Shown here piece after piece: positions 1 to 11,531 of a DNA stretch of 64,000 nucleotides. How positions within the stretch are numbered: position 1 is the first letter of the stretch; every line of letters begins with the position of its first letter. A model generated the notes under the pieces. The model saw nothing but the letters and a program-made list of their open reading frames with translations, was not told the DNA's origin and ran no database searches. The DNA is taken from positions 1,240,001-1,304,000 of the forward strand of contig JBHGNT010000012.1 of assembly GCA_043228905.1 (NCBI GenBank), in the 5' to 3' direction. The translations under genes and the position numbers were made by a program. The DNA is from Azolla caroliniana. Its lineage: Eukaryota; Plantae; Polypodiophyta.

Positions 1-373
1 GATAAATTCCTGCTGAATGAAATTAGGATTCTCCATGAAGACCAACTATTTGTCATGAACTCATGAACTATGACTATGATTTAAATACGTATCATTATTA
101 TGGCTATCTCCCTTAATTTAGAATGTGCCCTCTATGTATATATATTACAAAAACTAAAATAAAAACTGCAAGTAGCATTCATGAATTTTAAATTATTGAC
201 ATTGATATGTTAGAATTTGTTAAGATTGATCTATTTTTTGAAATCATTGACAATTTTTGTCCATTTCAAAATCCTTAACACTAATGTATTGTGTAGAAAC
301 AATAGGATAGACTCAAGTATTCTTGAATTTAAAGACAAACATATGGTAATGTTTTGGCATGTGTTTTGTATAG

Positions 374-2396
374 ATGGCTAGTCGATCCAAGACCTTCATA
401 GACTTTGATGCGGATTGGGGTGAAACAATACCCTATGAAGGGAGGTATGGCATGAATCATTTCTCAACTTTATATTGTGTATAAATAGTGATGTTTGTGT
501 GCTAACTTGAATGATGGTTTAGGGTTTTTGTAAGAAAGGGTGCTAGGTGCCCCAAATCCAACAATATGGATGTTGAAAACATCATTACTGAAGACTCGAA
601 CATGGATACGAACCCCATACATGACGTGGGGCTAGGTGTTGAAGATATCAGTGTAAATGGTGAGTTGATGTACATTCTTATAATCATTATTGAAGTAAGT
701 ATATATTGGGTTTTTCTAATGCAAATGTCACACCATTGTTGTAGTGGACCCCATGTCCCTCTTCAAGGCGAGAAGAGACTCAACAGGTATCAAATGTCGC
801 ACATGTATCGTTGGAGATTCATGTAGAAAAGAGGTACGATGGTTTCGCAAAAAAGTTGACATGGAGGCTCACTTACAGAAGGCACATGGCATCCGTGTAG
901 TACTGCCTCGAGGGCTAAAGATAGAAGAAGAAGAGCAATCGACCTCCATGAGGAGTACAGCCACGTCATTCTTTAGCCACTACGAAAGACAATGATCAAT
1001 AAAGCGTTTTTTGGATCCGGAGCTAAAGTACAACAGGTCACGCCAATCACACATGAGGAAGTTGAGGACAAGAGCGATTAAGATCCTCAAAGCCACTCCG
1101 AACGCACTTCAAACATCCAAGGAGGTCGATTTCATTGCCCAATTCGTCAGCCAACAGATGGCCAGGTATGACGAGGGAAAGGAGCATAGGATGACAAAAT
1201 TGAAGTTGAAGATTGTGGCTGTGTCTGAAGCTTATGTAAGTAAGGTTTATGATTATGTGTGCATCTTATGTGAGTCTAAATCTAGTGTGTGAATGATTAT
1301 GTGTGAATCTTATGTATGAATTTTAGTGTAAGAATCATGGAATTCCCATGCCAGAAGATGAGACACATGTCGAGATCGATGGTGGTCAAGACCAACTGTC
1401 AAAATCGACAACCCAACAACCAAGGAGACCTAAATTCCAAATCCGCAAGAAAACAGTGGACCCTAGTAAGTTGTCGTTCATTACATCATCTGACACAGAT
1501 GAGGGTGCGGACATTGGGATTGTCTTTATTGGTCCTGGGACAATCATAAAAACATGGGATAACACAATAAGAAAAAAGTTCACTAGGTATGTCGTTATGG
1601 TGGGGGCATGAGATCAATAGTTAACTTCATGTTTTTTTTGTAGTTACTAATCTGGCCTAATAAACAGGTTTCAGGTGGCTTGTCGACGATTAGATCTAGC
1701 GGTCTTTTTGACAGAGGTAGAACTATGTTCGTTGTGCATTGTAGGGGAGATGGCATCCACATGGATGATGACCCTCTTCCACTTATAGATGGAGTACTCG
1801 TTGCCCCCCGAGATCAACAAGCGGTTTCATATTGTGGATCCACTATGGGTACAACTAGAAGGCCAAAGTGATAAGGGTGAAGACATACTCACTCGGGTCC
1901 CTGAACGGGAATATGTCTTCATTCCGATATTGCACTCAGGGCATTGGGTGCTTTGGTTGAAGATGCGATAGACTCCTATAGGTCTCGATGCCAAGGTGAG
2001 GAGCCATATTATTTTTTGCGATCCACTAAATCATCATCCGACTGCCGGCATGAAGACATTGGGTGATTTGGCTGTACGACATATCTCTAGCGCCACACAC
2101 GACCATTGCATCATCAACAACGAGCGGTTCCAGGTATTGCATATCCCAACCCAACCTAATGGGACGGATTGTGGGTATTACGTGATGCAAACCATTCGAA
2201 TGTTGGTCGAGGAGTTCATTCAAGGATTTGAGTCTGATCAATTTATAAGTATTTATGAGAATTGAATTTAGGCTTAGGTTGATGGCATCTTGTGGTGTAG
2301 GGTAAGGAGCAATGGTTTGGATTCAAAGATGTCCAACTCCTTCGGAAAATCATGGCAAAATGGACACGAAGGACTTTGGGCATAGGGTTATTTTAA
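374..2396 (+). pseudogene. Spliced transposon accessory gene: C2H2 zinc finger plus Ulp1/C48 SUMO-protease domain, with in-frame stops
   Basis: C2H2-like CRTC...HLQKAH in ORF 744-995. Ulp1 motifs FIPILHSGHWVL, FCDPL and TQPNGTDCGYYV (H/D/Q/C) in same-frame ORFs 1789-1971 and 1996-2265, separated by a single TAG. Intron-like GT..AG stretches; exon boundaries are approximate. Confidence 0.75.
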
Positions 2397-2399
2397 TCA

Positions 2400-3035
2400 C
2401 TAGCATGTTGTACTTTGTAACATCAAACATATGATCTCGATTTACTATCTCATGTGGATTGTCAACTTTTTTGTAATATCTGGTAAATAGTTGAATCTCA
2501 TTTTGGTTGTATATGACTCAATTTGATGTACATTCTGGTTGTGAGTCTTATTGTGTGAATCTCATTTTGGTTGTATATGTCTTTGTTGATGTACATTCTC
2601 ATTTTTGTAATATCAAATCAATATTTGAATCTCATTTTGGTTGTAAATGACTCAATGTGGACTCTATCTGAAAATCATTTTGTAATATCTGGTAAATAGT
2701 TGAATCTCATTATGAATCTCATTTTGAATCTCATTTTGGTTGTATATTTGGTTGTATGTTTTGGGTGTCAAAAGAATAAAACTAATAGCTTATTGACAAG
2801 TAGTCACGGCAATGGTTTTTGAGAAAGGCCAAGAAAGAGTAAGTATATAGAAAGAGTGTTGTAATCAAAGAATGTTGTTGTAGAAAGAGTAAGTATATAG
2901 AAAGAGTGCTTCGGTCCTTGTTGTAAACAATACGAAAGACATAACAAGACTCAATGTCGATCTTATTCAAAGACATAACAAGACTCGATGTCAATCTTCT
3001 TCACAGACATAACAAGACTCAATGTGAATCTTATT
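2400..3035. repeat. Degenerate short tandem repeats inside the MULE
   Basis: Recurrent GAATCTCATTTTGGTTGTA, GAAAGAGTAAGTATATAGAAAGAGTG (x2) and AGACATAACAAGACTC (x3). Confidence 0.7.
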
Positions 3036-3037
3036 CA

Positions 3038-3357
3038 AAAGGGAGCCTGACTGATTAGTGTGGAGCTCGACTCATTCATGTTCATTAAAAAAGGGATCCC
3101 CACTCATTAAAAAGGGAGCCCAACTCTGGTAAAAAGGGAGCCCGACTGATTAATGTGGAGCCCGACTCATTCTTGTTCATTAAAAAAGGGAGCCCCACTC
3201 ATTAAAAAGGGAGCCCGACTCTGGTAAAAAGGGAGCCCGACTCATTCATGTTCATTAAAAAAGGGAGCCCCACTCATTAAAAAGGGAGCCCGACTCTGGT
3301 AAAAAGGGAGCCCGACTGATAATGTGGAGCCCAACTCATTAAAAAAGGGAGCCCGAC
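3038..3357 (+). repeat. Array of the AAAAGGGAGCCCGACTC motif upstream of the transposase
   Basis: More than 10 copies of (G)GGAGCCC(G)ACT, organised as higher-order repeats. Confidence 0.9.
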
Positions 3358-3850
3358 ACAGTAATAGGGAAGTGCCCAACTACGTGTAATGATGGCGTCT
3401 CAACAGTCATATTAACGACTACAGTAAATTAATTCACCAAATTCAGTAGCATGCACTAAGAGTCTTCCCATCATTCCCAATTAACTCATTCCCTTCCTTA
3501 ATAGTCTATTAATCACTCGCACTCATATCATTCACTCTCATTCTCGATCGTTAATCTACTCCATTCATGTGAATTATTTGAATTCATTCACTTGAATTCA
3601 TTTGATTTCATTCACTTCATTCACCTCAATCACTGGCATTCTTGATCATATTGTATTTGATTTCATTTGATCATATTGTAGGCCATTTGATTTCATTCAC
3701 TCTCATTCTCGATCATTAATCTACTCCATTCATGTGAATTATTTGAATTCATTGACTTGAATTCATTTGATTTCATTCACCTCAATCATTGGCATTCTTG
3801 ATCATATTGTATTTGCTATGGAGAGCACAATGCATCATGGTGTCTTCGCC

Positions 3851-6726
3851 ATGTCGGAAGATGAATTGGAGGATACGTCATGGTCATCCAATGCATCCGA
3901 GGACGAATTGGAGGATCCTTTTGAGTCATCAGATTCTGATCGTGAGGATGAGGCGGTCGATCCCTTCATGTATTGTTCCCCCAAGTATTTTGCATTTTCA
4001 AGAGGTACGTATAATTTGATGATTAAAGATTTATTGGGACAAGTTAAGGTAACATTGGAAGCATTACGTGATGTCGTGAGGGGAGCACCTCTTTCACTTC
4101 ATGCATGGAGGCGCATGAAGAGTTGTCTCATTCTCAGGAATGAGAGTGCAATTTACCTTAAAGCATCACCTAATCTTCAAGTCTTATACATCGAGAAATG
4201 GAGGGAAGTAGTATTAGCGTCACATGGTGACACATCCCATCACACATTTTCAAAGACTCTTAAAGAGTTAAAGCTAGTTTATGCGACTGATGTACGTGAT
4301 TATGGCATCCCACCGGAGTACGTGAAAGCACTCATTACAAGTTGTGGTTGCCAAACAGTATCGAAGGTCGACTCGATAGAAGGTTTGGGATCAAGCATGG
4401 CCAAATATAACAAGACCCTACCCATAGAAGTGATCAAGGTAGAAACCCACCAATTAGATGATGCGCTCACGGATTTGCAAACCAAGTACCACACACGTTT
4501 AAGGAAAGGAGTCAAGAAGGGTATGCGTGTGACTAGGTATAGTTGCCATCGTGCTGGGACATCTCGACTTGCGTCTAATTCCACTCGACGACACAGGTGC
4601 ACACCCCGATGTGGGTGCACATTCCATGTGGACGTTAGAATCAATGATGATGTTGACATTGAGACACTTACCATTTCAATATATGAACCTCATAGTGGTC
4701 ATGTACCATGTAGTAGGGCGGATGTGTACCATTTGCTAGTACACCCCAATGTCATAAGTTGTTGCAAAGATGACCTATTTGATGTTGGGTGTGCAAGGCA
4801 TGTGGCACGAATGAGCATGCGTAAGGAAGCATATCATAAGTCCAAGGCTAGTCCATTAGAGCTTGTTACCTATCGGTTCTTTATGATACCAAAGGAGGTC
4901 CATAACATGGCAAATAGGTTAAAAATCGGGAGTGCCATGACTAAGGTTGATTGGGCTTTGATGATGCAAGATGCCTATCCACTCCGAGATCTTGGGAAAG
5001 TGGCTCATGTTCAACCCTACTTGACTGGTGAACCAGGATCTCCCCCCATACAACCATTTATCTTGATACTTCAAGATCAATGGATGTTGGAAATGTGTGA
5101 GCGGTTGACCCTAAACAACTCTTGGGCAATCGACTCGACATTTAAAACAAACCAATTCGGGCTACCATTATATGCAGCAGTTGCCCCCAACGCCATGGGA
5201 ATTGGGATCCCATTATGGTACATGCTTTGTAGTTCTGATAAGGGGTCAAACCATGAGCAAGTGGCATTAGAAACTTGTTTGAGAGTCATATTCGCAAGGA
5301 TGCCCATGGTGAGGCCAATGTGATAGTGATCGATAAATGTTGGACATCATATAATGCCATAACTAATGTGGTTGCAACAGACCATCAATCTTGGATTGTT
5401 GTAAATGGGCAACGATCCCAAACACATTGTCGACTTTTGTTGTGTCAGTTTCACGCCATAAAGTCATGGGTGGACAACTTGTTGCCAAAAGTAAGTGCAA
5501 ATGAGAGAATCCATCTTTATCAACGAATGTGCCAACTGATGCAATGCATTACTGAATCATCATTCAATGCAATGTGTGAGGAGTTAAAGTTAGAATATGT
5601 GGACAAGCCCGGTGTTTGGCAATATATAGAAGGAGGATGGTGTGGCTTGACATGTGTGTGGAGGAAACTCTGGCCCAAGTTTGGTAGAATGTTCAACTAT
5701 GGACACGTTGACACTACCAATATTGTGGAAAGACATTGGCAGTTTATCAAGTATACTGCCTTGAGGGGAAGAATAAACCGATCAATTACCGACCTTCTGC
5801 ATGTCTTAATCGGGGACAGTGAAACTGGCACTTGCATAGGAGGAACGGTAATAGAGTGGTACAAGCAATGACAAGAAATATGTGAGAGTGGTCGGTTTGC
5901 ACCCCGTGCGAATTGTAGGGATCAAAGGTCCCGACTTAAAGAAGCGGAGAGAATATTGGAAAGGTATGTCGACAATACTTCCACAATTGAAATTGTCGAC
6001 GAGGCCCGATATTGGTTTAGAATCTTGAGCATGACGACTCCCACTCTATGGTATAATGTCTCACTCCAATGCTCATATTGTGATTGCCAAGACATTGTGA
6101 GTAAATGTAAGCATTTACTAGGTATCCGAATGATTATTGAGAGGCATATGCCACATTTATGTGGCTCATTGCCTTTTATAGATCACGCGACCCAAATGCG
6201 AATGGACCATAATACAGAAATAGAAGTGGAGGCAGAGGTAGAGCAAGTAGAGGAGACAAACCCCACAATATCCGAGATTGAATCATTCAAGTCCAAAATA
6301 CAAACGGTCGTGAAAGCACTTCAATGTCTCGAGCAAGGGTTAGGAACCTTCAACCGTGCAACTATTGTCGAAGGTATACAAACATTGGAAGATGTGGCTG
6401 AGAAGGTGTATCGCGTTGGTGCACCAAAATCAACCAATGAAGAAGATGGTAGATCAATAAGTCGCAACCAACAAATCGGTGCCAAAAGAAGTGCAACAAT
6501 AGACATCTCGCAAGAACTTATTGGCAGCTCCCCAAACACTTCCAAATCCCACTCCGGAAAACTACAAAGAGGTGCTAGTCGGGCTAGGAGGAGATTGCCA
6601 TTGGTTGACCATGAGAAGGTTCGGTGTTTGCGTTGTGATGGCTTGACCTTAACTTCAAGGGACTCAAATGTTATATGCTGTAAAAATTGTGGTTGCATCT
6701 TGCAATCATCCCGACATGAGCCATAA
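3851..6726 (+). pseudogene. MULE transposase (HHCC-like, WRKY/GCM1-FAR1 DNA-binding, DDE, SWIM, C-terminal Zn ribbon); one frameshift near 5315 and one stop at 5869-5871
   Basis: YSCHRAG..RCGCTFHV; WAIDSTFKTN (D1); VIVIDK (D2); LLCQFHA (CxxH); TTNIVERHW (E); SWIM CDC..CKH; terminal CLRC..CKNC. Confidence 0.9.
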
Positions 6727-6907
6727 TCTTAATATGTAACGTGTATATTCATATTTCATTTTAGGGTTGTCAACATTTGACATTTTAATATTTTATGTAA
6801 GACTTCTTATTTGAATCTTTAGGTTTTGTTGAAAAATTTTATGATCAGTTTCATGGCAAATATTTGTTGTACACTTACAATTTTGTGGAGTTTTTGATGT
6901 TTGTTGC

Positions 6908-7020
6908 TACAGAGTCGGGCTCCTTTTGTTAGAGTCGGGCCCCTTCTTACTGATGTGGTTTGACAGCGGGGCTCCTTTTGACAGAGTCGGGCTCCCTTTC
7001 ACAGAGTCGGGCTCCTTGTG
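6908..7020 (-). repeat. Inverted copies of the same motif (CAGAGTCGGGCTCC); subterminal array
   Basis: Reverse complement of the 3038-3357 motif, about 5 copies. Confidence 0.85.
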
Positions 7021-7325
7021 ACAGACGTTGTCAGCTTTTTATCCATCTTGGACGGTGGAGATCGAACGCGCCAACAACGGTGCGACCTGCACCGTCCCTC
7101 TCCGCGATTCCCTCACTTGCCCTCTTTAATATTTGGTAGCAGTTAGTCACGAGCACTAATCATTATGTTGTCCTAAATATACATATAGCAAACTATCCAC
7201 CCCACATGAGATCATTTGAGTTCAATTGACAAAACACAAACAAGGGTCATGTAACCTGAATTTCAACAAATAAATTACCAATTGTCTTGTATGTGATATC
7301 AGATTGGCAATGATAGGAATATTAC

Positions 7326-7871
7326 CTCTCTTAACATGGAAAAGTGTATTTCATGGTTTGCAAGAGCCAACATTATAAGATCAGCATCCTGCTCAATTTC
7401 TAGAGTGTCAAAGATGTTATACTAGAAATAGTTGATAACAATGAAAACCATTTTTATTTCATGTACAGTAGAAAATACATAGAAGTCCATACAAATAATG
7501 GAAATCATTGGAATCAAAGCCATGAAGATTTCTCTCCAAGCAAATGTATGACATGACTTTATGCTCCCCTTCACCTAGGGAGTTTGCATCGACAAAATAA
7601 CCTAAGATGTAGAAATACTACAGGGTGGGAACAAAATGTGATGGTCATGCTATTTAGCTAGTAGACCCTAGGTTCCTACTTTGATCTAACGCCATCTAGG
7701 ATCATGATTGAATCAAAGGTGTATATAGTATCAAAGAGTAATTGCCAAATTGTCCATGAAAGGAGTCCCTGGTGTGATTACATTTGAATCACAAGCTTCA
7801 GACTTCTCCTTGGGAGGAATAATTCGACCTTCCGCCTCAAATTCCCTGCACAATCTTTCTTCTTTGGTAGC
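7326..7871 (-). pseudogene. XRN: 5'-3' exoribonuclease (XRN2/3/4 family) gene fragment, three exons: 7871-7680, 7601-7483, 7388-7326
   Basis: Translations [48 protein letters not shown] and DADLIMLALANHEIHFSMLRE are hallmark XRN_N motifs. AG/GT boundaries are present; there are stops, a frameshift and one mutated donor. Confidence 0.85.
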
Positions 7872-10800
7872 CTTGATCAAACATGCTAGATTATAATTAA
7901 TCAGAACACAGTAAAAATTCTATCAATCCCTATTTTCAAACAACATGCACAGGCAAGATAGTCCTCTATTTTAAAAAATCACCTTCATTTAGTCTATAAT
8001 ACAGCTTGATTCTCATAAAACAAATATAATTATATTACATTGACATAGACCCATCATTGTAAGTGTGCAATATCCCCTCCACGAATTGATTAGCGACATT
8101 CATGAAATGGAATGAATTGAACTTAAGAGTTAATATCTCTACATATACACCATATCAAGTGAAACTAACAAAAGAAAGCTAGATAGGGGAATGATATGAT
8201 ACTCACTCTAGTCAAACTCAAGAGCCGAGTAGCTGATGTAGACGGTAGACCTCGTTGATGATACAAAAGAAACAACGACTCTAATTCTGCTCTCGTTCAA
8301 ATCAATAGATAAAAAATCATTAAGTTCAATTTATCTTCCCCAAAAGAACTTGTTTTTTAAATTAATGCATATTCTTTAATTGATGATTTTGAACATGCAA
8401 AATTAAACTTTCACTTTCTAGGCATTACCTTTTATGAACATCCACATATTCATCTATCTCATCATCAATCTCTTCCTGCATTATTATTAACCAACAAAGG
8501 TGCATGAGATTAAAGAAACAAAGCAGCCCATAGTCGAGAATCGAGATGTATGTGCAAACTGCTTGGGGTTTAATACATTAATGGATTAGCCCCATTAAGG
8601 CAACCATGAAAACATACATCTAATGGTTTGACGAGTCGAGGGTTCCTTCTGCATTTGTGTGGATCGGAAGGCTATCAAACATATGATAATCTCCACAACA
8701 TGAGTACAGACAGATGACCTTGTGTCCCACATCATTGTTATGTGACAGACACTATGTGTGTGTAGTAGAGAAAGAAAGAAAGAAAGATATATTAACGTCT
8801 TCTAAGGCCAAATTTGGCCCATGAGACAATTGGTTTACAACAAAAGAGTATTTATCCAGTCATCATAACTAAAATAAAATTAAGTAAAAAATAGAACTTA
8901 AACTAAAAGAGTTCTAGTAGTGTACAATACGTAGTATACTCGAAAGTGACTATACACTAAGCCTAATTTTATTTCCACCCAAGCCTCTCGAAAAGAAGTG
9001 GGGGGTCAAAGGGTCTTGATGTGGCTGTGACCCGTGGTTCCAATGTAGAGAGTGCCCTAGCCATGGCTTCTAGGCGGTGTAGCTCACGTTCCCTTGTTTT
9101 CAATATTGCTTCCACATCACGTCGAGTTGCTTTGAAACCCGGCACTCGAGGACGTTTGGTTCTTCTCTGGTTTTCTGCCTCATCAATGGAAAGGACAAGT
9201 GGTGCAAGTGTGTCGACATTCGTTGTCTCCCCCTGTTCCTGAAAAACTTCATTTGTTACATGTTCGTGATCATTAGCAACATTATTGTCAACATTTTGTA
9301 ACTTATTCTCTCTGTGTTGTTTTAGTTCTAGAATGTATTTGCCTAATTTCTTTATATCTAGAGTATCTAATAGTTTGGGGAGGGTGGGAGACGAACCAAG
9401 TATGTCTTGGTATTTTGCCCTTATCTCGGCATAGGTTGGACACTTGCATGTAAAGTGGTACTCATCCTCTATCTCTATGTGACATAACCTACATATCCTT
9501 TCCTCCCTAGGGACTCCACTAGTACGGCCATTCTCAATCTCAAGTTGGTGAGAGGATATTCTAAGTTGTCCAATGGCAACCCTTAGTGCATGTGGTAAGA
9601 ATACATCTACATATTTTGGCCGCATGATAAAACCTAACTCAGAGAAGTGCATGAAGTGTTTCTTATAGTACAACATTTTAGATGGGAGTGGCTCTAGTGG
9701 GGTGATCCATTTACACCGAGTGTAAATTTGCCATATTTCGTGGCGTATTACTTTATTGTGGTCCTCATGAGAGATTAAAGTGTTATCACTCGTGTGGTTG
9801 TACCGAAGGGGAGGTAGGTTATTAATGTCTAGACCATTCGCAAGAAGTCAACTCACCATCATGCCATACCATGAGCTAGTATAGCCGGACTCATACAATG
9901 ATCGAGAGGCCTTAAAGGCTTGATGAGATATTCTATCATGTGGTTGGCTATGTATCCTGTGAATGAAGACTACAAGTTGAAAAAGTGCCTCTACTAACAT
10001 TGGGGGTAACGTGAACTCAGCCCTAATAATGTCATGTGGTACAGTCGATTTGCTTCGGATTTGGCGTGATAGCATCATCACCAATGGTCTCTCTAATTGC
10101 GTCCACATGAAAGATGGTAATCCTGGAGCCCAAACCGCTGATGCATACATGAGGGAGGGGGTCACTAATGAGTCAAAGAGCCACCCTTTAGTCCGTGGCT
10201 CTTGAAAGTGTGCTTGGTGGCATTGTCTCTCTAGGAGTGAGAGGGATGCATGTCCTCTCATGAGTCTATCCTTCGTTGCCTGTGTCATCGAAAATTTACC
10301 TGAGCGGGCACTAAAAGTGACTCCGAGATAGACGTATGATCCAACCACCTCGACTGGGCTATGGGAGATAGTTAGGTGACACTTAGCTCTAACTTGGGCC
10401 GATGTGTGGAAGATAAGGACTTTCGTTTTCCCTAGATTCACTACCAATCCTCGTTGTACACAAAAGTCATCTAAGGCATTAAGGTGCCTTTGTAGGTCGT
10501 GTTCGGATTCAGAGAGCAAAACTATGTCATCCGCATAGAGCAAGATACAAACCTGCGTATCCCCAAGGACCACTCCGGTGTCGTGGCGTGGCTCGCCTAG
10601 AAGCGTAGCGTTGCGCACACAAAGGATAACGTGAAAGTGAGGAAGGAATCATTGGGATTATGGACAGAAGAGACGAAAGAGTAGAGATGGAGTGAATAGA
10701 GATCAATAAGATATGACAAAATAGGATTTTTAAGGAATATAAGATAAGACAAGATAAGATATAAAATAATATATCAGAAAGTGTATGAAATTTATAATCA

Positions 10801-11254
10801 TTTTCATGAAAGAGTTACAAAATGATTGTGCACGTCGTTGAACCTCTGAACTTTGCCTTGCAAGGTAATCGCTCTTCTCTTTCTTGATCGTAGACCACTA
10901 CAATCTTCACTTCAATATTTTGATGAAGATAAGGCTCGAACCGCCTCCCTCTTGTTGAGAGTTGACCACCACGACCGCCAAGCTAGAGCTCCACCTTTAT
11001 TTTAAAAGACTTCTTCCTTCTTTATCTATTTTTGTGGTATCTCTTATGTAATACATAATTTGATTGATATCTCATACCTATCTCCCCTTTTGATCTTCTC
11101 TTTCACCCTTTAAATAGGTGCCCCCATGCATATGATGCATTGGAGGGTACAAGACATGCATGTGATGCATGATAAACATCTCGTTCATTTGAGCTTTTAT
11201 GTATGAAACAATATATGCAATAACAATAAACATGAAAATATAATCTTAAAGAGA

Positions 11255-11325
11255 AAGAACCTAGCCTAATGGTAGTTGTGTTGACTTTGGTGTATGAGGT
11301 TGTGGGTTCGAGCCTCAAAATACTA
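11255..11325 (+). other. tRNA-like Pol III A/B-box module inside the solo LTR
   Basis: TAGCCTAATGGT followed by GGTTCGAGCC at tRNA spacing; no intact cloverleaf. Confidence 0.6.
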
Positions 11326-11409
11326 TTGAATACAACATATAACTTTATTTTTATATCATGAAGCAAATCCTTTATGTAATATAAAGTATGCTTTATTTTA
11401 TGTATATTA

Positions 11410-11480
11410 TTAGTATAGAGTAAATGGTAAGATTTGAGAGTCATAGGGTGGGGTTATTGGTTCAAGTCCTCTCTTGTTCG
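11410..11480 (+). other. Second tRNA-like A/B-box module inside the solo LTR
   Basis: TAGAGTAAATGGTAAG followed by GGTTCAAGTCC. Confidence 0.55.
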
Positions 11481-11484
11481 TGTA

Positions 11485-11531
<47 letters not shown>

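Larger units (their letters stand above)
1..7124 (+). mobile_element. Mutator-like (MULE) DNA transposon, right part; left end lies outside the window
   Basis: Contains a MULE DDE transposase and a Ulp1 cargo gene. Subterminal GAGTCGGGCTCC repeats at 6908-7020. Probable terminus ...CACTTGCCCTC at about 7124; no matching left TIR in the window. Confidence 0.7.

Noticed and set aside
3038-3357. CRISPR-like repeat array
   Set aside because: Spacers are short and themselves repeated, there are no cas genes, and the context is a eukaryotic transposon.
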